A stretch of 64,000 nt of DNA from Bradymonadia bacterium (GTDB taxonomy: Bacteria > Myxococcota_A > Bradymonadia > UBA7976 > UBA1532): NCBI GenBank assembly GCA_046290225.1, contig JBKAGE010000041.1:53148-117147 (forward strand), in the 5' to 3' direction. The translations under genes and the position numbers were made by a program. Below are positions 50,308 to 60,107 of the stretch, in pieces (the first letter of the stretch is position 1; the number at the start of each line of letters is the position of its first letter). A model generated the notes under the pieces. The model was given only the letters and a program-made list of their open reading frames with translations. It was not told the DNA's origin and made no database searches.

Positions 50308-52440
50308 ATGTCGTATCATCCTGTTTATACCTGGGCGGGCGTTGCGTTCTTCTTCCTCGTCCTCGCCGTCGGCGGCTTCTTCTTCGTGCAGGCGCTGCGC
50401 ATGCGCTACAAGCAGCTCGTGCAGGGCCGCCGGGCCGAGGTGCGCTGGGACGAGGCCCCCAAGCGGGTCGCCAACGTCTTCAAGTACGTGATCGCCCAGT
50501 GGCGCTTGCCACGGAATGGCTACGCCTACAGCGGCATCCTGCACATCTTCATTTTCGGCGCCTTCATGGTGCTCAGCGTCGATACGATCAACTTCATCAT
50601 CGACGGTCATTTGCGGGCCTTCGACCTGGCCATGGGCAACCCTGCCCCCGAGAAGCCCTTCCACCTGCCCCTGAGCGGCGGGGGCTACCAAGCCATCGCC
50701 GACACCTTCCGGTTCCTGTGCATCGTGGGCCTGTCCATGGCCTTCATCAACCGCATGGTCATCAAGCCTGAGCGTCTGCAGCACGACGGCCACACCGATG
50801 CCATGAAGACCCTGTTCTTCATCCTCGGCCTCATGGTCTTCGAGGTGATCCAGCACGCCAGCTACCTGTCCCGCACCGGTGCCCCCACCCACGGCGCGTG
50901 GTTCAGCAGCATCTTCGCCGGCATGATGAGCGGTTCGAGCAACGAGACGAAGGAGCTCATCTACAACGTGGCGTGGTGGTGCCACCTGGTGAACCTCGTG
51001 GCCTTCACCAACTACGTGCCCTGGTCCAAGCACAGCCACGTCTTCGCCGCCCCGGCGAACATCTTCTTCATGAGCCTTGAGCCCAAGGGCGCTCTGCGCA
51101 AGATGAACCTCGAGTTCGAGAGCGACGAGGACATGCCCGAGCACTTCGGGGTGAAGACCGTGGCCGATCTCAGCTGGAAGCAGCTCTTCGACGGCCTGAG
51201 CTGCACCGAGTGCGGTCGCTGCACTGACAACTGCCCCGCGGCGCTCAGCGGCAAGCCCCTGCGCCCGATGCACATCATCACCGACATCAAGCACCACGCC
51301 GAGGACCTCTACCACGCCGCCAAGAAGGGCGAGACGTTCGACGAGGAGAAGCTCCAGCTCGCCGGTGGGGTCATCCACGAAGACATTTTGTGGTCCTGCA
51401 CCACCTGTGGTGCGTGCATGGAGGTCTGCCCCGTAGGCAACGAGCACGTGCCCGACATCGTCGACATGCGTCGTTACTTGTCCATGACCCTCGGTGAGGT
51501 GGGCCATGGCGCTTCGAAGGCCCTCAAGGCCATGGATCGCAAGGGCAACCCCTGGGGGATGTCGAAGAACGATCGCGAGAAGTGGACCGACGGCGTCGGC
51601 GAGGTGAACGGCGAGGTCGTCGACATCAAGAAGTTCAAGAACGAGGGCGACGCTGAGTACCTGTATTGGGTGGGTTGCGCTGGTGCTTACGACGACCGGG
51701 CCCAGAAGGTGACCCAGTCCATGGCTCGCCTGATGACCAAGGCCGGCGTCGACTTCGCCATCCTCGGCAAGAAGGAGACCTGCACCGGTGACTCGGCCCG
51801 CCGCCTCGGCGACGAGTATCTGTTCCAGCAGATGGCCGAGAAGAACATCAAGAACCTCAACAAGGCCGGGGTGCGCAAGATCGTCACCCATTGCCCTCAC
51901 TGCTTGAACACGCTCAAGAACGAGTACCCTCAGTTCGAGGGCAACTACGAGGTGATCCACCACTCGGAGCTGCTCACCAAGCTCGTGGATGAGAAGAAGC
52001 TCACCCCGAAGCAGGCCGAAGAGACGAAGGCCACGGAAGATGTGCCCGAAAAGGCCGCTGGGTGCGCATCGGCGGTGAAGGCCAAGCCCAAGAAGGTGGT
52101 CTACCACGACTCCTGCTACCTCGGTCGCTACAACGAGATCTACGATCCCCAGCGCCAGATCATCGACGCCCTGCCCGGCGTGAGCCGCGTTGAGTCGGAG
52201 CGTCACAAGCAGCGTGGTCTGTGCTGTGGCGCTGGCGGTGGTCACATGTGGATGGAGCTCGACATCGGCGAGCGCATGAACTTCAAGCGCACCGACGAGC
52301 TGATGGAGACCGGCGCCGACACCATCGCTGTGGCGTGTAATTTCTGCATGACCATGATCGACGATGGCGTGAAGGCGAAGGGCAAGGAAGACGAGGTCCA
52401 GGTGGTGGACATCGCCGAGCTGCTCGACAACCAGACCTGA
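50308..52440 (+). CDS. Membrane-bound Fe-S oxidoreductase (FadF/HdrD-like, CCG domains)
   Basis: TM region; CTECGRCTDNCP and CTTCGACMEVCP; CPHC, YHDSCYLGR, CCGAGGG, CNFC. Confidence 0.92.
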   Translation: MSYHPVYTWAGVAFFFLVLAVGGFFFVQALRMRYKQLVQGRRAEVRWDEAPKRVANVFKYVIAQWRLPRNGYAYSGILHIFIFGAFMVLSVDTINFIIDGHLRAFDLAMGNPAPEKPFHLPLSGGGYQAIADTFRFLCIVGLSMAFINRMVIKPERLQHDGHTDAMKTLFFILGLMVFEVIQHASYLSRTGAPTHGAWFSSIFAGMMSGSSNETKELIYNVAWWCHLVNLVAFTNYVPWSKHSHVFAAPANIFFMSLEPKGALRKMNLEFESDEDMPEHFGVKTVADLSWKQLFDGLSCTECGRCTDNCPAALSGKPLRPMHIITDIKHHAEDLYHAAKKGETFDEEKLQLAGGVIHEDILWSCTTCGACMEVCPVGNEHVPDIVDMRRYLSMTLGEVGHGASKALKAMDRKGNPWGMSKNDREKWTDGVGEVNGEVVDIKKFKNEGDAEYLYWVGCAGAYDDRAQKVTQSMARLMTKAGVDFAILGKKETCTGDSARRLGDEYLFQQMAEKNIKNLNKAGVRKIVTHCPHCLNTLKNEYPQFEGNYEVIHHSELLTKLVDEKKLTPKQAEETKATEDVPEKAAGCASAVKAKPKKVVYHDSCYLGRYNEIYDPQRQIIDALPGVSRVESERHKQRGLCCGAGGGHMWMELDIGERMNFKRTDELMETGADTIAVACNFCMTMIDDGVKAKGKEDEVQVVDIAELLDNQT

Positions 52441-52482
52441 GGCTCCAAATTGGGGGAAGGATGTCACCCCCTTCGAGCGTAG

Positions 52483-52973
52483 ATGGGTGTAAACCGGCAC
52501 GGAGCACCCATCGCCTTTCCATTGCCAGCCATCATCCCCGTGGTGCTCTATCACGGCGCCGCCCGCTGGACTGCACCACAGGCCTTCGCCGAGCTGCTCG
52601 ATCTCAATGATGAGAGCCGTTCATCGCTTGAGCCTTACCTCCTGCAACTGCGGTATCGCCTCGAAGATCTGGGTGCGTACTCCGAAGCGGAGCTGCTGAC
52701 CGAGTCAGCCGCCCTGCCTCACATGTTGGGGATGGCCTTTGTCTTGATGCGCGCGGTCGTACGTCAACAAGATCTGCTGACGATTTTGAGCAGGGACGTG
52801 ATCAAGGTCGCCTGACCGAGGCTCGCGCAATCCTCAAGCGTCAGATGGCACTGAAGTTTGGTGCCATCGATATGACGCTCCTCGAGCGCATTGATTGTGC
52901 TGAGTTGCCAGAGTTACAGCGGTGGACCGAGCAGTTCGTGATGGCGGATACGGCAGAGCAGACGCTTCGCTGA
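52483..52973 (+). pseudogene. Remnant of an Rpn/YhgA-like (PD-(D/E)xK) gene with a DUF4351-like tail
   Basis: LPAIIPVVLYHGAARW; then in another frame ILKRQMALKFG...RIDCAELPELQRW...*; N-terminal nuclease part missing. Confidence 0.7.
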
Positions 52974-52978
52974 ACGCT

Positions 52979-54343
52979 CTAGAAAATCAGGTCGAGCAGG
53001 TCGTCTACCTTGCCGGCAGGCACCACCTCGATCTGAGTCGTCTCTGCCACCCGCTCAGCGTTGCTCTTGGGCACGATCACGCGGGTGAAGCCCATGCGAG
53101 CGGCTTCTGAGGCTCGGGCATCGGGCCCTGCCACGGCTCTGATCTCACCGCCCAAGCCCACCTCACCGAAGAACACTGTATTTGGATCCATCGGCTTGTT
53201 GGTGTGGCTCGAGGCCAGGGCCGCCACGATGGCCAGGTCGACAGCGGGCTCGTCCATGCGCAGACCCCCGGCCACGTTCACGAAGACGTCGCTGCCGCCC
53301 ACTTGCAGCCCTGATTTCTTCTCCAACACCGCCAGCAGCAGCGCCACCCGGCCTGGATCTGCGCCGATGCACGTGCGCCGGGGGTTGCCGTAGGGCGTGG
53401 TGCTCACGAGGGCCTGCACCTCGACGAGCAGGGGGCGAGTGCCTTCGAAGCCAGCCACCACGACGGAGCCTGCCTCCCCCGTGGCCCGCTCTGCGAGGAA
53501 CAAGGCCGAGGGGTTGGTCACTTCGGCGAGGCCATCAGAGCGCATCTCGAAGGTGCCGATCTCGTTGGTGCTGCCGAAGCGATTCTTCACTGCCCGAAGC
53601 ACCCGGAAGGGGTTGCCGGTCTGACCTTCGAAATAGAGCACCGTGTCCACCATGTGCTCAAGCACACGTGGACCAGCGATGGATCCGTCTTTGGTCACGT
53701 GACCCACGAGGAAGGTGGCGACACCCTTGCCCTTGGCGATGCCCAGGAGCTTGCCTGTGACCTCTCGCAGCTGAGTCACGCTCCCTGGGGCGGACTGCAC
53801 CATGTCAGTGTGGAGCGTCTGGATCGAGTCGACGACGAGGATGTCGGGTTTGATTTGATCGACGTGGGCCTGAATCTGCTCGAAGCGTGTCTCTGCCACG
53901 AGCCAGAGCGAGTCGGACTGAGCGCCCACGCGGTTGAAGCGCATGCGGGTCTGCTGGGGCGACTCCTCGCCGGTGACGTAGAGCACTTTGCGACCGCCCG
54001 TGGCGAGCTTCGCCGAGGCTTGCAGCAACAACGTGGATTTGCCGATGCCCGGATCACCACCGACGAGGACGAGCGAGCCGGGTACGAGGCCGCCGCCGAG
54101 CACCCGATCGAGCTCGCCGATGCCGGTGCCGCTCCGGGCCACAGTGTCGTTGTCGATGTCGATGAGCCGCTGGGGCTTGCTCGCAGAGAGAGCGCCAAAG
54201 CCCGCCCTGCTGCTGGCACTCTTGGGGGCCTCGACCTCTTCTTGGAAGCTGCTCCAGGCGCCGCACGAGCGGCACTGGCCCAGCCACTTCGGTGAGCGGG
54301 CACCACATTCCTGGCAAATGTAGACAGTTTTGGTTTTGGGCAT
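52979..54343 (-). CDS. radA: DNA repair protein RadA/Sms
   Basis: CQECG..W.GQC..CGAW, GGDPGIGKST, KNRFG, Lon-like C-terminus. Confidence 0.97.
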   Translation of the reverse strand: MPKTKTVYICQECGARSPKWLGQCRSCGAWSSFQEEVEAPKSASSRAGFGALSASKPQRLIDIDNDTVARSGTGIGELDRVLGGGLVPGSLVLVGGDPGIGKSTLLLQASAKLATGGRKVLYVTGEESPQQTRMRFNRVGAQSDSLWLVAETRFEQIQAHVDQIKPDILVVDSIQTLHTDMVQSAPGSVTQLREVTGKLLGIAKGKGVATFLVGHVTKDGSIAGPRVLEHMVDTVLYFEGQTGNPFRVLRAVKNRFGSTNEIGTFEMRSDGLAEVTNPSALFLAERATGEAGSVVVAGFEGTRPLLVEVQALVSTTPYGNPRRTCIGADPGRVALLLAVLEKKSGLQVGGSDVFVNVAGGLRMDEPAVDLAIVAALASSHTNKPMDPNTVFFGEVGLGGEIRAVAGPDARASEAARMGFTRVIVPKSNAERVAETTQIEVVPAGKVDDLLDLIF

Positions 54344-54489
54344 GGCACTGAACTCGATGGTGAGGGGTTGGGTACTGTATATCAGTTCAGTGGTGCGCTG
54401 GCCACAGTCGATACAACACGATCAGCTTCGATGAGCGCGCTGAAGGCGCGCAGAAACGCGCTCACATCACCATCTGTCGATGCAGGATC

Positions 54490-56316
54490 TCACCGCAGCA
54501 GGAACCACCAGGCGGCGAAGCCACCACCGCCGAGCAGGAGTCCCGTGAAGAGGATGGCGAACCAGACAGGTGTGCCCTTCTTTTGGGGTGGAGCGGATTC
54601 AGGTTGAGATTGGGTCGGACGGGCGAACTCGTCCTCGGGGCTGATGCGGGTGGACCGTGGCGCTGGTGTCCTTGGCGCCGGTGCTGGTGCTGCACTGGCA
54701 GGTGCCCGGGTGCCTCTGGGGCCATTGGGCTGAGCGAGTGCGGCGTGCACCGCCTTCTTGAAGGCCTCTGGCGTGTGGAATCGCTTTTCCGGTGCCTTGG
54801 AGAGAGCGGTGAGCAAAGCGGCATCGAGGGCTTCGGGCACCTCGGGGCACACCACCCGCGGCGGAGGTGGGTGGGCGCTCACGTGCTGGCGCAACACCTC
54901 GGCGGGGCTGGGGTGGCTGAAGGGCACATGGCCGGTGACCATCTCGTAGAGCAAAATCCCCAGAGCGTAGACATCGCTGCGCAGATCGTCGCGGCTGAGC
55001 CCGCAGGCCTGCTCTGGGGCTACGTACTCTGCGGTGCCCACCACCATGCCTGAGAGGGTCATGCTTGTGTCACCCACAGCGCGGGCGATGCCGAAGTCGG
55101 TCACCAGTACCTGACCATCATCTTGGAGGATGACATTCGAAGGCTTGATGTCGCGATGCAGGATCTTGTGGCTGTGCACGTGACTCACGGCGTCGCAGAT
55201 CTGATCGAAGATGGCCATGGCCTCGTCGGCGACCATGCGGCCGCGATCCCGAAGCACGTCTTCGAGGGTGCGCCCCTGCACGAAGCGCATGACGATGAAG
55301 AGCCGATCGCGATGTTCGAAGAAGCCCAGCATGCCCACGAGGTTGGGGTGCTCGAGTTTGGCGAGCACTTTGGCTTCGTTGATGAACCGGTTGCGGTGAG
55401 ACCGATCCTTCTGGCCATGGGGCATGAGCATCTTCAGGGCGGCCACCTGCTCGGTCACCGTGTGCACTGCGCGGTACACCCGCCCCATGCCGCCACGGCC
55501 CACCTCGGCGTCGATGCGCCAGTCGCCCACCACGTCATCGATCTCCGGGGTCCAGCTGTGTTTTTTGGCCACAGCCTGGGGGTCGATGCGCGCCGCTGCG
55601 GCGACCCTGCTCTTGGGGTTGGTGCCCACAGGTCGACGGCTGTGACCCTTAGGAGCGGGGCTCTTGGGCCGGCCGCTGCGTTTGGCGTCGACAAGGGTGG
55701 GGGCCTGGGTGCGCACAGGCTCCGAACGTCGCTTGGGCAAAGGTGTGAGTGGTGGATCAGCCGTATGCCGCGGAGGTGCCATGGGCTGATCAGGTGAGGT
55801 CGAGAGCGGGTCGACTGCAGGGCCCGAAGACTCGGGGATCGTGGGCAGCCGGTTTTGAGAGCGATCGACATCGCCGCTGGTGAAGGGGATCGTACGCAGT
55901 TGTTTGCGCAGCTCCGCAGGCAACTCGGTGTCTTTCAGGGTGCGGGCGTCGGCGAGGCCGCCTCGATCTCGAGTAGGCGCCTCTGCCGAGGCTGGCCTCT
56001 CGTTTCGAGGCGGCAGAATCGGCCGCGGGGTGATGGGGGACTGAGGGGTGGAGCGATCTTTCGCATCGGGGTGGGACGATGCCATGTCACCCGAGGTGTT
56101 CTGACCAGAGGCCCTGTTGCTGGGGACACTGTTGCTGGGGACACCGTTGCCAGAGGCGGTGTCTCTGGGGGCGGGTCCGTTCACCGAGCCGAGCAACTCG
56201 GTGACGCTGCCGCTCGAACCTTGAAACTCTACGTGATCGGCGATGTCTGACAGATCACCGGTGTCGTCGAGCGGGTCGACCGGTCGCGTCGGCTCGAGGC
56301 CGTCTTTACTGCTCAT
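54490..56316 (-). CDS. Hanks-type Ser/Thr protein kinase with a long disordered N-terminus and C-terminal TM
   Basis: GRGGMGRVY, ALK, HRDIKPSN, DFG, APE, DVYALG; start re-called at MSSKDG. Confidence 0.93.
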   Translation of the reverse strand: MSSKDGLEPTRPVDPLDDTGDLSDIADHVEFQGSSGSVTELLGSVNGPAPRDTASGNGVPSNSVPSNRASGQNTSGDMASSHPDAKDRSTPQSPITPRPILPPRNERPASAEAPTRDRGGLADARTLKDTELPAELRKQLRTIPFTSGDVDRSQNRLPTIPESSGPAVDPLSTSPDQPMAPPRHTADPPLTPLPKRRSEPVRTQAPTLVDAKRSGRPKSPAPKGHSRRPVGTNPKSRVAAAARIDPQAVAKKHSWTPEIDDVVGDWRIDAEVGRGGMGRVYRAVHTVTEQVAALKMLMPHGQKDRSHRNRFINEAKVLAKLEHPNLVGMLGFFEHRDRLFIVMRFVQGRTLEDVLRDRGRMVADEAMAIFDQICDAVSHVHSHKILHRDIKPSNVILQDDGQVLVTDFGIARAVGDTSMTLSGMVVGTAEYVAPEQACGLSRDDLRSDVYALGILLYEMVTGHVPFSHPSPAEVLRQHVSAHPPPPRVVCPEVPEALDAALLTALSKAPEKRFHTPEAFKKAVHAALAQPNGPRGTRAPASAAPAPAPRTPAPRSTRISPEDEFARPTQSQPESAPPQKKGTPVWFAILFTGLLLGGGGFAAWWFLLR

Positions 56317-56471
56317 CAGAACCTCGCTCACCCCGAGAGGTGCGATGGATCGACAGTGTGAGCCACTCGAAAGGCATCGCCTGTTTGACCACGAGGGTCC
56401 GAGCTGCTCACATGCCCTCTCAATCTCTAGGGAAACCTCTGGGTAAACCTTTGGAAAGATGCATCGAACGT

Positions 56472-59400
56472 ATGCCAGCACAGAGTGTGATGCAAGGCGC
56501 CCAAACCCGTCGTAAATGGTGGATGTTGTGGGGCGTGCTCGTGGCGATGGCCCTCACCACCCACGCCCACGGTCGCCGGAGAGCGCGGCCTGATCCCATG
56601 GCCCAGGTGGCCCTGAAGTCGGGTTACATCGCCGCTGAAGCCCAGCGGCTCGTCTCGCAGGGGACTGAGCGAGGGGCAACACCTGCAGGGGCTGTGGACC
56701 TCATGCGGCTCGCTGCGCTGGGCCCGTGGCGGCCTCAGGGTGAAATCAGCGGGGCCTTGCATGCTGCGGCGAAGGATGCTCGACGGGGGCCGCTGGTGCG
56801 GGCCGTGGCCTGGTGGCTGTTGCGCGATCACGCGTTGCGCACCCTCGATCTCGACACGGTGGCCGAGGCCCGTGAGGCCCTGGGGCTGATCTCGGCCTTT
56901 CTGGTGCGCTCTGGGGAGGCGCCGGACCCTCTGGCGCCCATCAAAGCCTCCGAATGGCGTGTGTATCCAGAGCAGATGGGCCACGGCATGATCTGGCTCG
57001 ACGCGGTGATCCGCCCGGCGAGCGACAACGAGGCCACTCTGGTGACCGAGATCGAAGCCCCAGGCGGCGGTGCGATCCTGCGCCTGGGGTTCGATGATCA
57101 GGTGAAGGTCTGGCTCAATGGTGACCAGATTTACGAGGCGAAGGAGCCCCATCGGTCCTGGCTCGATCAGGTTGCGGTGCCCCTGGTGCTCAAAGCAGGC
57201 CGCAATCGCTTGATGTTTCAGGTGCGCCAGGATGAAGGGGCCTGGCGCCTTGTCGCTCGACTGACAGATCCGGAAGGTGTGCCCCTGAAAGGGCTGAAGG
57301 CGTCTACAGCCATAGAAGGCCCGGCGCCTGAGCCTCTGGTGGATGCTGAGCCGCCGGAGCAATACGCCCACATCTGGCGTGCACTCTGGGCCATCTCCGA
57401 ACTCGACGCGCCTCCAGCTCAGGGCTTGCGAGATCTGGCGGATTACGCCCGGGTGACCGGCTTGCCCAATCATGACCAGACTGAGCCCCAGGTGGCGGTG
57501 GAGGCCGCCTGGGAGGATGATCCGAGCCCTCGCAGCTTGCGGGCCTGGGTGCGCCTGCTCCCCGAGGCACGGCAGCAGGCGATCCGCACCACTCATTTAC
57601 CGGAGCAGCCGATCCTGCTTGCTGATGTGGTGGCCGATCTCTTCGATCGGCTCGAGGTGGCCGAGGGCCATTACTACGCCCGGCGCCATCGCATGGCGCT
57701 GGAGCAGGTGTCGGGGATTCTGGAGATCGACGAGCGGTTTGCCCCGGCGTGGCGTCTCAAGGCCCTCGTCATGGAAGACATCGGCCTGCCCAACACCGCG
57801 GTGCAGATTCTGGAAGGTGCCCGGTCGCGTTGCGGGGAGTTGCCGGGTTTGCTGAAGGCCTCGGCGTCGTCGCTGAAGGCGGCTGGCCGTCACGCAGAAG
57901 CCCTCGGCGCGCTCCAGAGCCTGATCGAGCGTAAGCTCGCTGGCCCTGATGATCACTATCGTCTCGCCAACACGTTGCACTTGCGCGGGCGCGCCGACGA
58001 AGCTGTGCAGATGCTCGACGGGGTGTCGGCGCTCAGACCGGAGCTGTGGTACCACGCCCTCGAGGCGGCTCAAATCCGCCTCACTCAGGGCCGACGGACC
58101 GAAGCGCTGGAGCGCCTGCTCACCCTTGATCGACAGATCCCCGAGGCGTCGCCGGTGGTGGAGCTGCTCGCCGAGGTCTATGCCCGCCTGGGCAAAGCAG
58201 AGGAGGCCCGGACCCAGCTGGCGCGTGCGCTGAAGCTGAGCCCGAGCGACGAGCTGTTGGAGCGCCGCCTCGACGCCCTCTCGGCTCGCGGCGGTCCCGA
58301 GCGCCTGGGCCCCGAGCTGACGAAGATCCTCGAAACCTCTGATCCGGAGGGGGCTTCGGCCCATGTGCTGTATCACCACGCTCGGACCGAGGTGCAGCCC
58401 ACCGGGCTGGCGAGCCGTCGACTGCGTCGCGTGGTGCGGCTGCTCGACGCCGAGGGCGCCCGGCAGTTCGCAGAGTGGTCTCTGGCCTACGTGCCCGGTC
58501 GGCAGCGCATCGAGATCCACACCGCGCGGCTGTACCGCGAAGGTCAGCCGCCGAGCTCACCTGCACGGGGCGATCGCGATCTCTCCGAGCCGGAGTATCG
58601 GCTCTACTATGATCTGCGGGCCGAGGTGCTCACCTTCGATCAGCCTCGACCGGGTGACGTCATCGAGGTGAGCTGGTCCATCACCGACATCGAAGGTGAT
58701 CCGGCCTTCCCCGGGTACTACGGTGAGCTGGCCTATCTGCAGGAGTACTTCCCTCGAGCGCGCTCGGTGGTGGACGTCGCTGGCCCCGCCGCCGACGCCC
58801 TCGCCATCGAGCTCGCGGATCGAGGGGTGTCCATCGAGCGCTCGGCCCTCGACGGGGGTGGCGCGCGCTTCACAGCAGAGCAAGTGCCGGCGGTGGCCTG
58901 GGAGGCCGGTATGCCCGGCGGATCGAGCCTGAGGGCCTTCGTGCACGTGAGCACGGCGAAGGGCTGGGGCGAGATCGACACCCGATACCGTACGCTGCTC
59001 CAAGATCGAGACAAACCCGATCGGGCCCTCAAGGCTCTGGCCAGAGAGTGGACCAGGGGGGTGGAGGGCGCCGAGGCGCAAATCGGTCGCCTCTATGCCG
59101 AGGTCGCCGCCCGCACCCGTTATGTGGGCCTCGAGCTGGGCATGCACAGCTTCCAGCCCGAGCAGCCGCGCATTACCCTGGCTCGGGGTTATGGCGACTG
59201 TAAGGACAAGGCCACGCTGCTCATCGCCCTGGCTCGGGCCCTGGGTCACGAGGCCCACCTGACGCTGGTGCGTACTCGATCCTCGGGTGCCCTGCCGCCC
59301 AAGCCTGCGAGCCTGGCCATCTTCAACCACGCCATCGTGTATCTGCCCGGGCTCGACCGATTCCTCGATCCCACAGTGGATCGCAACGACCCGTGGACGC

Positions 59401-60107
59401 TGCCGCCTTCGGATCAGGGGGCCGTGGCCTTCATCGTGGGCCGCGACGCCGAGCCGAGGCAAGTGCCCGTGCAGTCGTCAAAGCGCAACGTCACCGAGTG
59501 GGAGATGGTGATCACCCTCGACCGCCGCGGGGTGGGCCGAGGCCAATGGCGTTGGGAGACACGCGGTCATCCGGGCACCGTAGCCCGTCGGGCCCTGGAG
59601 CCCGAAGGCAGTCGGGCGGAGCTGGTGGCTCGAGCCCTTGGCGATCGCTTCCCGGGGGTGAAGATCCTCGACGCCGCGGTCGAAGGCATCAAACCTGCCT
59701 TCGATCCGGTGACAGCTTCGGGGCGTCTGACGCTCCCGCTGAGCCTGAACGACGGCAAGGTGGAGGTGCCCCTCGGTGGCGGTCCGTGGGGCCTGGTGTC
59801 GAGCTACGCTGAGGCCGCTCAGCGGGCGAATCCCCTTGAGCTGACCTTCAAGCACACGTGGCGTCAGCGCCTCGAGCTGCGGCTGCCTCAAGGCTGGTCG
59901 GCGAAGGCCGTGTCTCCGGTGAAGCTGGAGAGCCCGTTTGGCACCTTCGAGGCCACAGCAGAGGTCAGCCCAGGGGGCGTGGTGCTCGACGCCACCCTGC
60001 GCCTCGACGTGCGGCAGATCCCCGCAGATCAATACCCGGCGTTCCGGTCGTGGCTGAGTCGGATCGATCAGGCCCTGGCCCAGGTAGTGGAGGTGGGCGG
60101 TGCATAA
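56472..60107 (+). CDS. TPR + DUF3857 + transglutaminase-like protein (intact triad)
   Basis: Signal peptide; TPRs; PGDVIE, RYVGLE, GDCKDKATLL, FNHAI, LDPT. Confidence 0.85.
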   Translation: MPAQSVMQGAQTRRKWWMLWGVLVAMALTTHAHGRRRARPDPMAQVALKSGYIAAEAQRLVSQGTERGATPAGAVDLMRLAALGPWRPQGEISGALHAAAKDARRGPLVRAVAWWLLRDHALRTLDLDTVAEAREALGLISAFLVRSGEAPDPLAPIKASEWRVYPEQMGHGMIWLDAVIRPASDNEATLVTEIEAPGGGAILRLGFDDQVKVWLNGDQIYEAKEPHRSWLDQVAVPLVLKAGRNRLMFQVRQDEGAWRLVARLTDPEGVPLKGLKASTAIEGPAPEPLVDAEPPEQYAHIWRALWAISELDAPPAQGLRDLADYARVTGLPNHDQTEPQVAVEAAWEDDPSPRSLRAWVRLLPEARQQAIRTTHLPEQPILLADVVADLFDRLEVAEGHYYARRHRMALEQVSGILEIDERFAPAWRLKALVMEDIGLPNTAVQILEGARSRCGELPGLLKASASSLKAAGRHAEALGALQSLIERKLAGPDDHYRLANTLHLRGRADEAVQMLDGVSALRPELWYHALEAAQIRLTQGRRTEALERLLTLDRQIPEASPVVELLAEVYARLGKAEEARTQLARALKLSPSDELLERRLDALSARGGPERLGPELTKILETSDPEGASAHVLYHHARTEVQPTGLASRRLRRVVRLLDAEGARQFAEWSLAYVPGRQRIEIHTARLYREGQPPSSPARGDRDLSEPEYRLYYDLRAEVLTFDQPRPGDVIEVSWSITDIEGDPAFPGYYGELAYLQEYFPRARSVVDVAGPAADALAIELADRGVSIERSALDGGGARFTAEQVPAVAWEAGMPGGSSLRAFVHVSTAKGWGEIDTRYRTLLQDRDKPDRALKALAREWTRGVEGAEAQIGRLYAEVAARTRYVGLELGMHSFQPEQPRITLARGYGDCKDKATLLIALARALGHEAHLTLVRTRSSGALPPKPASLAIFNHAIVYLPGLDRFLDPTVDRNDPWTLPPSDQGAVAFIVGRDAEPRQVPVQSSKRNVTEWEMVITLDRRGVGRGQWRWETRGHPGTVARRALEPEGSRAELVARALGDRFPGVKILDAAVEGIKPAFDPVTASGRLTLPLSLNDGKVEVPLGGGPWGLVSSYAEAAQRANPLELTFKHTWRQRLELRLPQGWSAKAVSPVKLESPFGTFEATAEVSPGGVVLDATLRLDVRQIPADQYPAFRSWLSRIDQALAQVVEVGGA

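Noticed and set aside
50089..52554. 821-aa minus-strand ORF and similar long antisense ORFs (e.g. 42729-44330, 46893-48422, 39469-40908, 33494-34855)
   Set aside because: Shadow ORFs opposite well-supported genes, expected from high-GC codon bias; no motifs
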